Shown here in pieces: positions 1-12,747 of a stretch of DNA of 64,000 nt (its first letter is position 1; each line of letters starts with the position of its first letter). Source of the DNA: the human T2T-CHM13v2.0 reference genome, Homo sapiens; the NCBI RefSeq assembly GCF_009914755.1, contig NC_060937.1; one strand, written 5' to 3'. The notes under the pieces are model-generated. The model ran no database searches. It was not told the origin of the DNA and saw only the letters and a list, made by a program, of their open reading frames with translations. The translations under genes and the position numbers were made by a program.

Positions 1-78
1 ATGTGCAGAATGTGCAGGTTTTTTACCTAGGTATACAGGTGCCATGGTGGTTTGCTGCACCCATCAACCTGTCATCTT
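1..78 (-). mobile_element. L1PA 3'-end fragment, cut by the window edge
   Basis: atgtgcagaatgtgcagg...gccatggtggtttgctgcacccatcaacctgtcatct is the reverse complement of the L1PA 3'UTR terminus. Confidence 0.85.
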
Positions 79-132
79 TTTCTTTTCTTTTTTCTTCTGT
101 TCTTTTTCTTTTGACTCTACGAACAGGGTAAG

Positions 133-530
133 TGTATTCATTTGCTAGGGCCACCAAAATAAAATGCTACAGACTGGTTGGCTTAAACGACAGAAATTTA
201 TTTTCCCATATTTTTTGGAGTCTGGAAGTCCAAGATCAAAATGTTGACAGATTGGGTTTCTCCTGAGCCCTATCTTCGCTGGCAGGCGGATGCCTTCTCA
301 GTGTCTTCACATGGCCTTTCTCCATGTGTGAACAACTCTGGTGTCTCCCCGTGTCCTCATCCTCTCTTCTTAAACGGACACTGGTCAGATTGGCTAGGGC
401 ATTCCCCAATGAATCCATTTTAAATGAATTTCCTTTGGAAATCCTTACCTCCAAACATAGTCACATTCTGAGGTAGTCAGAGTTAGGGCTTCAAAATGTG
501 AACTGTGGGGAGAGAGTTTAGTCCACAGCA
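133..530 (-). mobile_element. MaLR solo LTR (MLT1B-like)
   Basis: tgtatt...gctagggcc...ggcttaaacgacagaaatttatt...ggaagtccaagatc...gtcacattctgagg...cagca; typical MLT1 reverse-strand motifs and TG..CA ends. Confidence 0.85.
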
Positions 531-659
531 GTATTTCTGTGCTCATGTTCAACATATTTTTGATGTTTTGCATGTTTTTACACATTCCTTCTAGTACACA
601 TAGAAATATTTCCTTGGGATGTCTACTTAGAACAAATATTTAGATTGTCCGGTACTCTT

Positions 660-1800
660 GCTTTTCATCAGCACTTAATATTGTCAGCATTTCCACTATT
701 TCCCAATCAATACAAATTCTTTATATATTCTGGGAATTAATATAATTAATCAGTGATGTGTGCTACAGATGTCTTCTCCCAGTTTTGTTGCATATGTTCC
801 ACTTCCGTGATGTCTTAATGAAAAGGTGTTGTTTTTAATACAATACAATTTATCAGTATTTTCCTTTATGCCGTTTCTTTCTGTTTCATTCCTGTTGGAG
901 TCCTAGTTAAGAAAATTATTTCCTACTTCAGTCATAAAAATTCACCCAAATATCTTCTTCAGATATTTTAAAGTTTTGCCCCTAATATTCCAGTCTTTAA
1001 TCCACCTGGAATTTATTTTAGTATATGGTACGCGGCAGGAATCCAATTTTGTTTTTTTCCCATAGAGATAAACAAATATTCTGGCCCCATTTATTTTCTA
1101 GTCTACTCTTCCCTAAGTAGTTGCAATGCTATGTGTTATATATAATTTCTGTATATTCATGGGCTGCTCCTGGCCTATTAGGGACAATTGAATAGCATGT
1201 CTCTTGCAATATTTACTATAAAATACTATTACAGATGTACCCTGTTAGCAAAAAATACGGTAGACAAATCAATCTTAGATGCATGGAGTGGGAGTTCACA
1301 GTCTGTGCAAATGGAAAAGACATGGGTCTAACCACTTGGAAAATTGTTTGAGATTATCTTATAAGATTGAATATACTCCCTCTCTCTGACCCAGCAGTCC
1401 CATTCTGTTTTGTGTGCTCAGGATCAGAAGTTCCAGTGTGGTCCCCAGGAGTGTCAGCATCAATGTCACCTTGATGTTCAGCATTAATTGAATAGCATGT
1501 CTCTAGCTAATACTGTGGCTTTATAATGAGTCTTGGAATATGCAAGGGGATATTCCCACATTATTTTTCTTCTTTAGGAAACTCCTGTTTTTCAGCTTTT
1601 GCTATGCCAAATAAATTTTAGAATCTGTTTTTCAAGATGCAAAAATAAAATCTGTTGGGATTTTGATTGAAATTTCCCTGAACCAATAGAATCAATCTGT
1701 GGAGAATAAACAGTTTTATGATATGGGGGTTTTCTGTATGAGAAAATTGAATATTTCTCCATCTATTCAGCTTGCATAGGTAGTAAATAAAATTTTTGCA
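660..1800 (-). mobile_element. Old L1M (L1ME/MC-like) ORF2/3' fragments
   Basis: Degenerate L1 reverse-strand motifs (tctttaatccacctggaatttatttt, ttgggattttgattgaaattt, aatttttagaatc). Boundaries approximate. Confidence 0.65.
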
Positions 1801-1801
1801 T

Positions 1802-2731
1802 CATATATGTGTATATATGTATATGTATATATGTATATGTGTATATGTGTATATGTACATATATACACATATACGTATATGTGTATATGTACATATATAC
1901 ACATATACGTATATGTGTATATGTACATATATACACATATATGTATATGTGTACACACATATAAACATGTATATATACATATATACACGTGTATATATAC
2001 ATATATACGCATGTGTATATATACATGTATACGCATGTGTATATATACATGTGTGTATATGTGTATATATACATATATGTATGTGTATATGTGTATATAT
2101 GTATGTGTATATGTGTGTATATATGCATGTATATATGTGCATATGTGTATATACACGCACATATGTGCATATGTGTATATACACATACATATGTGCATGT
2201 GTATATACACATACATATGTGCGTGCGTATACACATACATATGTGCATATGTGTATATACACATACATATGTGCATATGTGTATATACACATACATATGT
2301 GCATATGTGTATATACACATACATATGTGCATATGTGTATATACACATACATATGTGCATGTGTATATACACATACATATGTGCATGTGTATATACACAT
2401 ACATATGTGCATGTGTATATACACATACATATGTGCATGTGTATATACACATACATATGTGCATATATACATACGTTATATATACATATGTGCATGTATG
2501 TGTATATATACACATATGTGTATATATGTATGTGTATATATACACATATGAACATATATGTATATGTATATATGAACATATATGTTCGTATATATATGAA
2601 CATATATGTATATGTATATATGAACATATATATGTATATGTATATATGTATATATGAACATATATATGTTCGTATATATGAACATATATATGAACATATA
2701 TATGAACATATATATGTTCATATATATGAAC
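1802..2731. repeat. Compound (TA/TG/CA)n micro/minisatellite with 34-, 28- and 26-bp higher-order units
   Basis: Seen directly: three copies of a 34-bp unit at 1841-1942, a 26/28-bp unit atatgtgcat(at)gtgtatatacacatac at about 2160-2465, and atatgaacat units at about 2545-2730. Confidence 0.97.
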
Positions 2732-3365
2732 AACAAAGGCTTCTTTTACATTTAAAAAATTATTTAAAAAATTATTCTTGGTTACTCTATATTTCTATGT
2801 TAATATAGCTACACACATTTTTATTTTATATTTTCCTTTTGTTTTCATACATATCTTCTAACCATTAATTTTCAACTTTCTACATCTCGTTTTATATAAT
2901 TGAAATAGATATATTTTATTCAAATTGGCATTTTTAACTGGCAAGTTTATTCTTCTTTAACTTAATGTGATTACTAATATATCAGAACTGATTACCATTT
3001 TCACTGTGCTTTGGAACTGTTCCATTTTTTATGCTTCTTCCATTTTCTTTATCTTTTCAATTAATTATATTTTAGTTTGTTCACCTCTGTTTTTCTTTCC
3101 TTTTTCTAAGCAATTCATAAGGTACATAACATATTCTAATTTTATAACTGGCTACTATTAAAATGCTGCCATGGGCACAAAACTGTAAATCAGTTTCTTT
3201 ATCCTCTCACTGAATAATTAAAAGACTTTGACTAATTTAGCTCTGATAATGTTTCTGCCAATGATAATTTTAGCCTTAATTTTGCTTTTCTTTTAAAAAT
3301 GAACACATCATTATTATTATGTTATGAAGACAGTGATTGGCTCTAATTATATGTATACATGTTTG

Positions 3366-3812
3366 TGTGATGTCCTCTCACATTGAATAGTGACTGACCA
3401 GTGTGGTCAACAGAACGTAGTATAAGCCATAGTGTGTGACTGCCAAGAATAGGTTATAACAACATTCTAACTTCTATCTTGGTGCTACTTGGATTACTGG
3501 TTCTGGAAAAGTCTGGCCACCACACTGTGAAAACATCCAAGCACTGTTAGGGAAAGTTAGTCCCAACACCAATTTCCAGCTGTGTGAGTGAGTCACCTAG
3601 AAAGTGGATCCTCTGGCCACATGTACACCTTTACCTGCCTGCAACCCCAGCTCGCATATGACTGCAACCTCATGAAAGACCCCAAGCCACAACCATCTGC
3701 CCAAGCCACTTCCAGATTCCTGCTGCAAAGAAACTGAGATAAGCAGTGGTTATTGTTGTTTTAATACCACTTTTTGAGCCAATTTATTACTCAGCATTAA
3801 ATAGCTAATGCA
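3366..3812 (+). mobile_element. MaLR LTR (MLT1F-like)
   Basis: gtgagtgagtcacc...gtggatcctc...tgactgcaacctcatgaaagacccc...ccagattcctg...gaaactgagataa...tagctaatgca end. Confidence 0.8.
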
Positions 3813-5004
3813 ACATATTTACCAGTTTCTTTTCTCACAATTCTTTTTTGCATCTTACCTGGCGGGTTATTTTTCTTCTTCTTGAAGAAAAACTTTTAAC
3901 ATGCCTTTAGTGAAGTTAGTGCTAAATGAATTTAGATTTTCTTTATATGAAAATATATTTCTTTCAACTCAGTTATGTTCTGTGAGTACTTTGAAAGATT
4001 TATTCTCCTATTATTTGACTTCCAAGTATTTAAGAAGGCTGCTGGAAGTTCAAGTGTGGTTCTTCGTAGGTTTCTTCCTCTCTGGCTACCTTTTCCCGAG
4101 GTTTTCTATAGACTTACTAAGGTGGTAGTTTTTCAACTACTCTGCTTTGAATAGTTGATGTGGTGTACTCTGTGTCTTTGAATCCGGCCAATGCCTTTTT
4201 GAACATTTCACCTCTTTCATTTTATGTATTCTTCTGAGACCATCATAAGATATATCATTAAACTGTCCCATTCAATCTTTCATGTCCAGGATCATCACTT
4301 TACTACTTTCCTCTTTCTGTTTTCCTATGTTGCAGCCGAAGTAATTTCTTTACATCTGTCTTCCAGTTTTCTCATTCTTTCTTCAGTTATATTTTATGTG
4401 ATGTTTAATCACTCCATTAAGGTTTTCTTTCAATTACTGGTGTTTCTTTATAAAAGTTCTACTACATTTGCTTCGCATATGCTGGTCATTTTGGTTTCAG
4501 ATATTAAGGTGAGGTACTTGCTCTCCATTTTTTATTTTTATAAAAAGCAAATTCATCATTTCCTGCTTTAGTGTTTGCTATAAGTCACTGACTAGAGATG
4601 TCTGGAATAGCCAATAATTTTCCTTTAGGAAACATGTAAATATATATATATATTTAATAAGCATAAAACTACAAAGATTTCTTTTTCATGCAAATTTCGC
4701 TAAGTTGTATCATTCTATATGTTTATTTTATTAGATACATTGGATTATAATTTTACCAACTTACTGTGCTTTACTATTTGTTTCCTTTTTAATTCCTGAT
4801 ATTATTTATGTCTTGTTTTTATCGTGTGACCAAAGAGTTAACAATTTTGCTAGTCTTTTTATATTTCTTCATTTATGTCCCTATAATATTTCTTTTCTTC
4901 TATTTTCATTGAGTGTAATTTACTATTTTCTTATAATTATTGAGATGGACGCTCAGATGATTAATTGTCAGCCTTTTTTATTACTAGTCTATGTACTTTT
5001 TAGG

Positions 5005-5029
5005 CTTTTCAGTTCAGGGATACATGTGC
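5005..5029 (-). mobile_element. Extremely 5'-truncated L1PA terminus (about 25 bp) between direct repeats
   Basis: The reverse complement gcacatgtatccctgaactgaaaag matches the L1PA 3' end. Flanked by agtctatgtactttttagg (4986-5004) and agtctatgcacttttaagg (5030-5048). Confidence 0.7.
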
Positions 5030-5427
5030 AGTCTATGCACTTTTAAGGGTGCACTTTTCCATATAAGCATATTTTAATAGCAGCATGCAACTTTTGAAAG
5101 TAGCATATTATTTTTCATTCAACTAAAAATATTTTCTAATTCTCATTGTGATTTCCTCTATGACCATGAGGAACTTAGAAGTATACTTCTTGGCTCTCGA
5201 TATATAGCTATTTTTAAACGGATTTTTTTCTCAGATTTGTAAATTAATTATACCTTGATTAGAAATTACAGTCTGTGTCATCTCATTTATTTGAAATTTT
5301 TGAGACATGATTTGTGTGGCAGCATATGATCAGTTTGACTGCCCCATTTGTCATCTTAAAAATGTATCTATAGTTATTGAGCAGAGAAGTATGTTTTAGG
5401 GGGGTTAAGTCTGTAATGAGTACTTAA

Positions 5428-5738
<311 letters not shown>

Positions 5739-5889
5739 ATGTTCTATTAATTATTGAAAGACATGTTTAAAATTGTCCATTTTCATTTTAAATATGTCTA
5801 TTTCTCATTTTAGTTCTGTCAATGTTTGTTTTGCGTATTTTGAGATCATATTATTAGGTTCATACAATTTATTATTATATCTTCCTGAA

Positions 5890-6281
5890 TGTCTTAGTCT
5901 TTTTGTGCTGCTATAACAAAATACCTGAGACTGGGTAATTTATATATAACATACATTTATTTATCACAGTTGTAGAGACGGAAAGTCCAATATCAAGGCA
6001 CTGGCAGGTTCAATACTGGGGAAGTCCTGGTCTCTGCTGCTAAGATGGTGCCTTGTTGCTGTGTCCCCAAGAAGGGATGAATGTTGTATTCTCACATTAC
6101 AGATGAGATAGAAGGGGGAACCTAAGCTAGCTCCCTCCAGCCGTTTCCTAAGGCACTCATCTATTCATGAGGACTCTTCCCTGATGACTTAACCACTTCT
6201 GAAAAGGTCCACCTCTTAATACCACCGAAACAGGGATTAAATTTCAACACATAAACTTTGAGGAGCACTCAGACCACAGCA
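5890..6281 (-). mobile_element. MaLR solo LTR (MSTC/MSTD-like)
   Basis: tgtcttagtc...tgctgctataacaaaatacctgagactgggtaattt...ccacctcttaatacc...cagaccacagca. Confidence 0.88.
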
Positions 6282-6469
6282 CAGGTGAATTTTTAGCATT
6301 GTGAGTAGCTTTCTTACCTTTAGTAATGCTTTCTGACAGCTATTCCAGATTTTTCTGGGTTACTATTATATGCTATCCCTTTTTTCACTTTTTGGATCTA
6401 TGTTTCACCTGGGTCTTGGCCTGGGAATTCTTAGCTGCCTCTTTTGTTCACTTATTCCTATAATCTGGT

Positions 6470-6602
6470 GCACACACACACACAAACACACACTATCTCA
6501 CACATAGCACACACACATCTACACATCTACCACATGCATGCACACCATATACCACACATACATACACACACCCCACGCATACACACCCACATACACACAC
6601 GC
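6470..6602. repeat. Degenerate (CA)n microsatellite
   Basis: Seen directly. Confidence 0.9.
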
Positions 6603-6746
6603 ATCTCCAGCTTTGCTTGTCTTCTCTAGCATAGTTGATCCATATAACCTAGAAATGATCAAAAACAAAGCTATTGATTATAGTCCCTTTTCCTTTTTCT
6701 CTGATGAGTTTTGTACATGTTTTACTTCTTAAACATTGCATACATA

Positions 6747-9155
6747 CAAAATACTTCATTTTATTGCACTTGGCTTTATTGTGTTTCACAGATGTTCCTT
6801 TTATTTTAAACAAATTAAAGGCTTTTGGCAACCCTGCATTGAGCGAATCTATTAGCACCATTTTTCCAACAGCATATGGTCACTTCATGTTTCTGTGTCA
6901 CATTTTGGTTATTCTCAAGGTATTTCAAACTTTTTCATTATTATTATTATATATGTTATGGTAATCTGTGATCAGTAATCTTTGATGTTACTATTGTAAT
7001 TATTTTGAGACACCACAGACTATGCTCATATAAAATGGAAATCTTAATCGATAAATATTGTGTTCTGACTGCTTCACCAACCAGCTATTACCCACCATAT
7101 CTCTCCCTCTCCTCAAGCCTCCTTATTCCCTGAGACACAATAATATTGAAATTAGGCCAATTAGTAAATTAGTAATTCTACAATAGCCTCTTAAGCGAAA
7201 GGCAGAGTTGCACATCTCCTGCTTTAAATTGAAAGCTAGAAATAATTTAAGTTTCGTGAGAAAGGGATGTTGAAAGCCGAAATAGGCTGAAAGCTAGGCC
7301 CCTTGCAGGAAACAGTTAACCAAGTGATGAATGAAAAGGAAAAGTTCTTAAAGAAAATTAAAAGTGCTACTCCAGTGAACACACAAATGATAAGAAAGTG
7401 GAACAACCTTATTGCTGATATGGAGAACATTTGAGTGACCTTGATAGAAGATTAAACCAGCCACAACATTCCCTTAAATCAAAGCCTAATCCAGAGCAAC
7501 GCCCTAACTGTCTTCAATTCTGTGAGGCTGAAAGAGGTGAGGAAGATGCAGATAAAAAGTGTGAAGCTAGGAGAGGTTGGTTCATATGATTTAAAACAAG
7601 AAGCCATCTCCATAACTTAAAAGTGCAAGGTAAAACAGCAAGTGCTGATAAAGAAGCTGCAGCAAATTTTCGAGAAGATCCAGCTAAGATAATTGATGAA
7701 GGCGGCTACACTAAACAACAAACTTTCGATGTAGATAAAACAGCCTTCTATTGGAAGAAGATGCCCATCTAGGACTTGAATGGCTAGAGAGAAGTTGATG
7801 CCTTGCTTCAAAGCTTCAAAGGATAGACTGACTCTTGTTAGGGGCTAATGTTGTTGGTGACTTTAAGTTGAAGTTAATGCTCATTTACCATTTGAAAAAT
7901 CCTAGGGCCCTTAAGATTTATGCTCAGTTGAATCTGCCAATGCTCTTTCTATGGAACAACAGGGCCTGGATGATAGCACATCTGTGTACAGCAGGGTTTC
8001 CTGAGTATTTAAAACCCACTATTGAGACCTACTGCTTAGAAAAAAATATTCCTTTCAAAATATGAGTGTTCATTGAAAATGCACCTGGTCACCCAAGAGC
8101 TCTGATCAAGATGTACAAGAAGATTAATGTTGTTTTCATGCCGGCTAACACGTCCATTTTGCAGTCCATGGATCAAGGAGTCATTTTGTCTTTCAAGTCT
8201 TATTATTTGAGAAATACATTTTGTAAGGCTATAGCTGCCATAGATGATGATCTCTACAATGGACCTGGGCAAAGTAAATGGAAAGCTTTCTGGAAAGGAT
8301 TCACCATTATATTTGTCATTAAGAACATTCATGATTCAAGAGAGGAGGTCAAAATGTCAACATTAGCAGGAGTTTGGAAGTTGATTCCAAACCTCACGGA
8401 TGACTTGGAGGGGTTCAAAACTTTCGTGGAGGAAGTAATGGCAGATGTGGTGGAAACAGCAAGAGAACTAGAATTAGAACTGGAACATCAAGTTGTGACT
8501 GAATTGCTGCAGTCTCATAAAACTTGACAGGATGAGGAGTTGCTGCTAATGGATGAGCAAAACAAGTAGTTTCTTGACATGGAATCTATTCCTGGTGAAG
8601 ATGCTATGAACATTGCTGAGACGAGAACAAAGAAATTAGAATATTACATTTACTTGATAAAGCAGGGTGTGAGAGGATTGACTCCAATTTTGAAAAAAGT
8701 TCTACTGCGAAAAAATGCTATCACTCATTCACCACATGCTACAGTCAGACCTTTCATGAAAGGAGGAGTCAATCAATGTGGCAACCTTTATTGTTGTCTT
8801 ATTTTCAGAAATTGCCACAGCTACCCCAGCCTTCAGCAACCACCACCCTGACTGGTCAGTAGCCATCAACATAGAGGGAAGACCCTCCAACAGCAAAAAG
8901 ATTGCTACTTACTGAAGGCTCAGGTGATCATTAGCATATTTTAGCAACGAAGTATTTTTTAATTACAGTATGTGAATTGTTCATTTACTTAGGTGTGAAA
9001 TAATGCTATTGCATACCCAAGAGACTACAGTCTAGTGTAACATAACTTTTACATGTGCCAGGAAAACAAAAAATTTGTGTGACTCACTTTATTACAATAT
9101 TTACTTTATTGAGGTACTCTGGAACCAAACCTGCAATATCTCAGATGCAGGCCTA
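6747..9155 (+). mobile_element. Full-length Tigger1 DNA transposon (TcMar-Tigger) with disrupted transposase
   Basis: About 2.41 kb with both termini (caaaatacttcattttattgcac... and ...gcaatatctcagatgcaggccta) and TA on each side. ORFs 7835-8065 and 8066-8527 give pogo/Tigger DDE peptides ([44 protein letters not shown]). Confidence 0.96.
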
Positions 9156-9814
9156 TAGTTACTTTATACTTTTATGTAATAATATCTAAATCTGAAGTAC
9201 TGTGTTTCTAAATTATTTTTGTTGTCATTGACTCTCATATATTGTAATTTTTTCTTGAATTTTACAGAGTTTTTTTGTCTATATTCAACATTTATTAGAA
9301 TTTACTCCGTGGATTCCTTAAAGACTAAAATCAGAATGCTTCCCTCCTAAAGGAATTAATACATTTATTTCTCCTCAAAGTAACCTGGGTCCCCTTTGAG
9401 GATTCTAGTTTATACTAGGAATTCAGAATTACCTTCACTCCCTGACATTGATTCTAATATCTAGGTTCCTGTTCTCTTTATTGGTTTGGGCATTTGATTC
9501 CACAGTACGTCTAGCTTTTACATGCGTTTGTCTCACTATTCTGTGTTCTAGTTTTTAATTTCCTCAAGTGCCCAGGAATATATATATTGAACATAGCATG
9601 CATTTTATTTATGCATGATTGAGTTGTATTGAAAAGGTGGTTTATTCAGAATCAGTCATCTGCCATACCACTTACAGCTTCCCTGCTCCACTTTCATTTC
9701 TCCATCCCGGGATTTTACTCTCTCTTTAACAGCAGATAGATCCATATTTCTAGGGAAATCCTTGTTAAAAGGTAACCAACTTCTCCCTTATTCCAAAAAG
9801 TCCCCAGTATTTTT

Positions 9815-10281
9815 CACTTACTAACTTACAATGGAAATACATCCCAATAAACCCATTGCATATTGAAAATATCATAAGTTGAAAACGCATTTAATACATC
9901 TAACCTACTGAACACCATAGCTTAGTCCAGCCTTCCTTAAACATCCTCACGACACTTACGTTATTTCCCACAGTTGGGCCACATCATCTAACACAAAGTC
10001 TATTTTATAATAAAGTTTTCCTATCTCATGTAATTTATTGAATTTGGTACACTACATCGTACAGTCTCTGTTGCTCCTCCTTGTGCTCACAGGGCTGACT
10101 GGGGGCTGCAGCTCACTGCTGCTGCCCAGCATCACGAGAGAGTATCGTATCACATTTTCCTAGCAGGAAAAAGACCAAAAATCAAAATTCAAAGTACTGC
10201 TTCTGCTGAATGGATATTGCTTTTGCACCATTGTAACACTGAAAATTATACATTAAACCATTTTAAGTTGAGAACCGTCTG
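9815..10281 (-). mobile_element. Tigger5-derived element (MER47/Tigger5b-like)
   Basis: cccaataaacccatt...gaaaatatcataagttgaaaacgcatttaataca...catcatctaacacaaag...gcccagcatcacgagagagtatcgta...taagttgagaaccgtctg followed by TA. Confidence 0.85.
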
Positions 10282-11996
10282 TACTCAAAAGCCCACTTGT
10301 GCTATTTCAGGCAAAGACCTCTGCTTCATCCCATTCCCACCAAACATACTACCCATTGACGATTCCCCTGAGCATGCGTGAGACTGAAGGCCTGGGAGGA
10401 TCACCATTACAGTGTGGTGAAGACTTTCCATTGGAAAAGGCATAGCAAATGGCAGACAGATCAGGGAAGCTGAAGAATAAGTTCAATATGGAATCTATTG
10501 TATAGTATTAGGTTCCCACTAAAGGAGGATGAATTGCTCAAAAAAGGGAGTGAATTGGAAAGATTTTAGATTTATCTTCAAAGGAAAAATACCATGACTA
10601 TCTGCTTTGAAATCTGTATGAATACTAGAAGCATGATTTGAGCTAATATATTCCAGGTTCCAAATTCTTCCAGTGAAGGGAGGCTACTTTACACATTTTA
10701 TTTCCTTAATATATAGAATGGAGCCTTGGCTTTTTGGTGAAAAGCCCTGGGCAGTTTTTTTTTTTTTTTTTTTTTTTAAGCTAGTTAAGATGCTTTTTGC
10801 AAAAGAGGTCTCTTCATTAGTAACCAGCATCACTGCCATGCTTATTTATATCTGCCTTCTGAGTGGCTGGAACAGAATTCCAACCTAATACCATTTCTGC
10901 TTTCAAAGGACTTTATCTTCTAGACCTCATTTAGCATGAGGATAGAGAAACACAGATAAATGTCTTATCAGGCAAAAGAGTAATTTCATGTTCTTGCAGT
11001 TCTTTTCTCTGTCTATTCAAATGCAAGATGCCCTTTCATCTTCTACAAACGATTTTCTCTTAATCCGCAAGAAACTAGTTCATTCTTTCTAACAACATCA
11101 TTATATTTTGAGTGAATTATCATGGAACAATTAAGAGCTGTTCTCATGTGACACACTTATCTTAGGCTGTTTGTTTCAAAATTTGATTCAGCTGTGCCCT
11201 CCACTATTTCCTCATTTTGTTGAATGCCTTTGTCAGCTTGGAGGAAAGAAAATAACACAGTAGGGGACAGGGCAAGAGTCACTGTATTATAAGACATTAT
11301 TGCCTCTGGAAACAATGTTCTCCATTGTAGTTCAATGAGCTAATAAGCAATGCATTATTTTGTTAAAAGGCAGTTGTTACTATCATCACATCAAAACATC
11401 TTATAACAGTAACTAAGCTATTGCTCTGACACTTTTGTATATAAAGAAAAAATTTGTTCATAAAATCATATTTTGTCATGGGTTCCATTTTCATGCTTCC
11501 CTTTAGAAATTTTGTGTCTTATTACACTACACATGACAGAGTGATGACTTTTGAATCCTGAGATTGAAACTCTATTAAATACAAATGGTATTACTTTAGA
11601 GAATATAAATTCATTTCTCTAATTTGCAACTTCTGCATCTGCAGAAGAGAGATTTTTGAAGTTTATTTTGACTAAAAGTAATGTAGCTAGCTCAAGCCTT
11701 CACAGAAGAGGACAGCCTGAAAGAGGGAAACATTATTACAACTATTAAACAATCTTAACCTAGTCTTATTTATTTTTTGCCACATAATTCCATTAAGCCA
11801 TGACAGTAAATAAATAAGTCAGAGAGCAGGAGATAAAATACACCTCTGGTTTATGCTGGATGCTTGCTGTTTTATAAATCCACTTATTATCAGAGGAACA
11901 AAACTTCTCATTTGATCTTTTCTTAAGAGAATCCTTGAGCAGCATAGCTGTATATAGACCATTTTCTAATATGCATTGAGAAAATTCTTTGCCCAC

Positions 11997-12351
11997 TGAA
12001 ATGGTTTGGCTGTGTCCCCACCCAAATCTCATGTTGAATTATAGCTCCCACAATTCCCACGTGTCATGGGAGGGACCTAGTGGGAGGTAATTAAATCATG
12101 GGGGTGGGTCTTTCCCATGCTGCTCTCATGACAGTGAATAAGTCTCATGAGATCTGATGGTTTTATAAAGGAGAATTCCTCTGTACAAGCTCTCTCTTGC
12201 TTGCCATCATGTAAGACATCCCTTACTCTTTCACCATGATTGTGAGGCCTCTCCAGCCATATGGAACTGTAAGTCAATTAAACCTCTTTCCTTCATAAAT
12301 GACCCAGTCTCAGGTATGTCTTTATTAGCAGCATGAAAACAGACTAATACA
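11997..12351 (+). mobile_element. THE1 (THE1B/C-like) MaLR solo LTR
   Basis: tgaaatggtttggctgtgtccccacccaaatctc...attaaacctctttcc...gaaaacagactaataca; 355 bp; 5-bp TSD cccac/ctcac. Confidence 0.95.
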
Positions 12352-12747
12352 CTCACTCAGACATTTTCTGATGCTTATAACATGGCAGCATGAAGCACTG
12401 CCAATATCTCTTCCTGACACTTTTTACCGCATGCAATGGAGGTAACACTAAAGGACAGATGTGATGTCAGCTATCCAAGTGCAGAAAAAAAAGTTATATC
12501 TTTACATTATTAAGCAGATCCCTAATCTGGCTTTGTTATCACTGCTAAGTAACGGGGCACAGAAGCTCACTGTACTAAAATATAGTTAGAGCAAATTCTG
12601 TATGTTAATTCATTACCACATCTTTAGTAAGTGCCTGCCATGTGTCAGAAACTAAATTAACCACTGAAAACACCAAGTAAGACGTGGTCCCTATGCTTAA
12701 GTACTCAGTGCTTATTCAAGGAGACATACGTGTTAAGAAATAATTAT

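Noticed and set aside
2160-2465. Regular 26-28-bp palindromic repeats resembling a CRISPR array
   Set aside because: The units are head-to-tail with no unique spacers, there are no cas genes, and the context is primate genomic DNA.
1763-2808. Seven ORFs of 86-333 aa rich in Y/I/H/T/C/V/M on both strands
   Set aside because: Alternating purine/pyrimidine repeats cannot contain TAA, TAG or TGA, so long ORFs arise automatically. The translations are periodic and low-complexity.
7835-8851. Transposase-like ORFs as a domesticated TIGD gene
   Set aside because: They are broken by stops and frameshifts and lie in an ordinary decayed Tigger1 copy.
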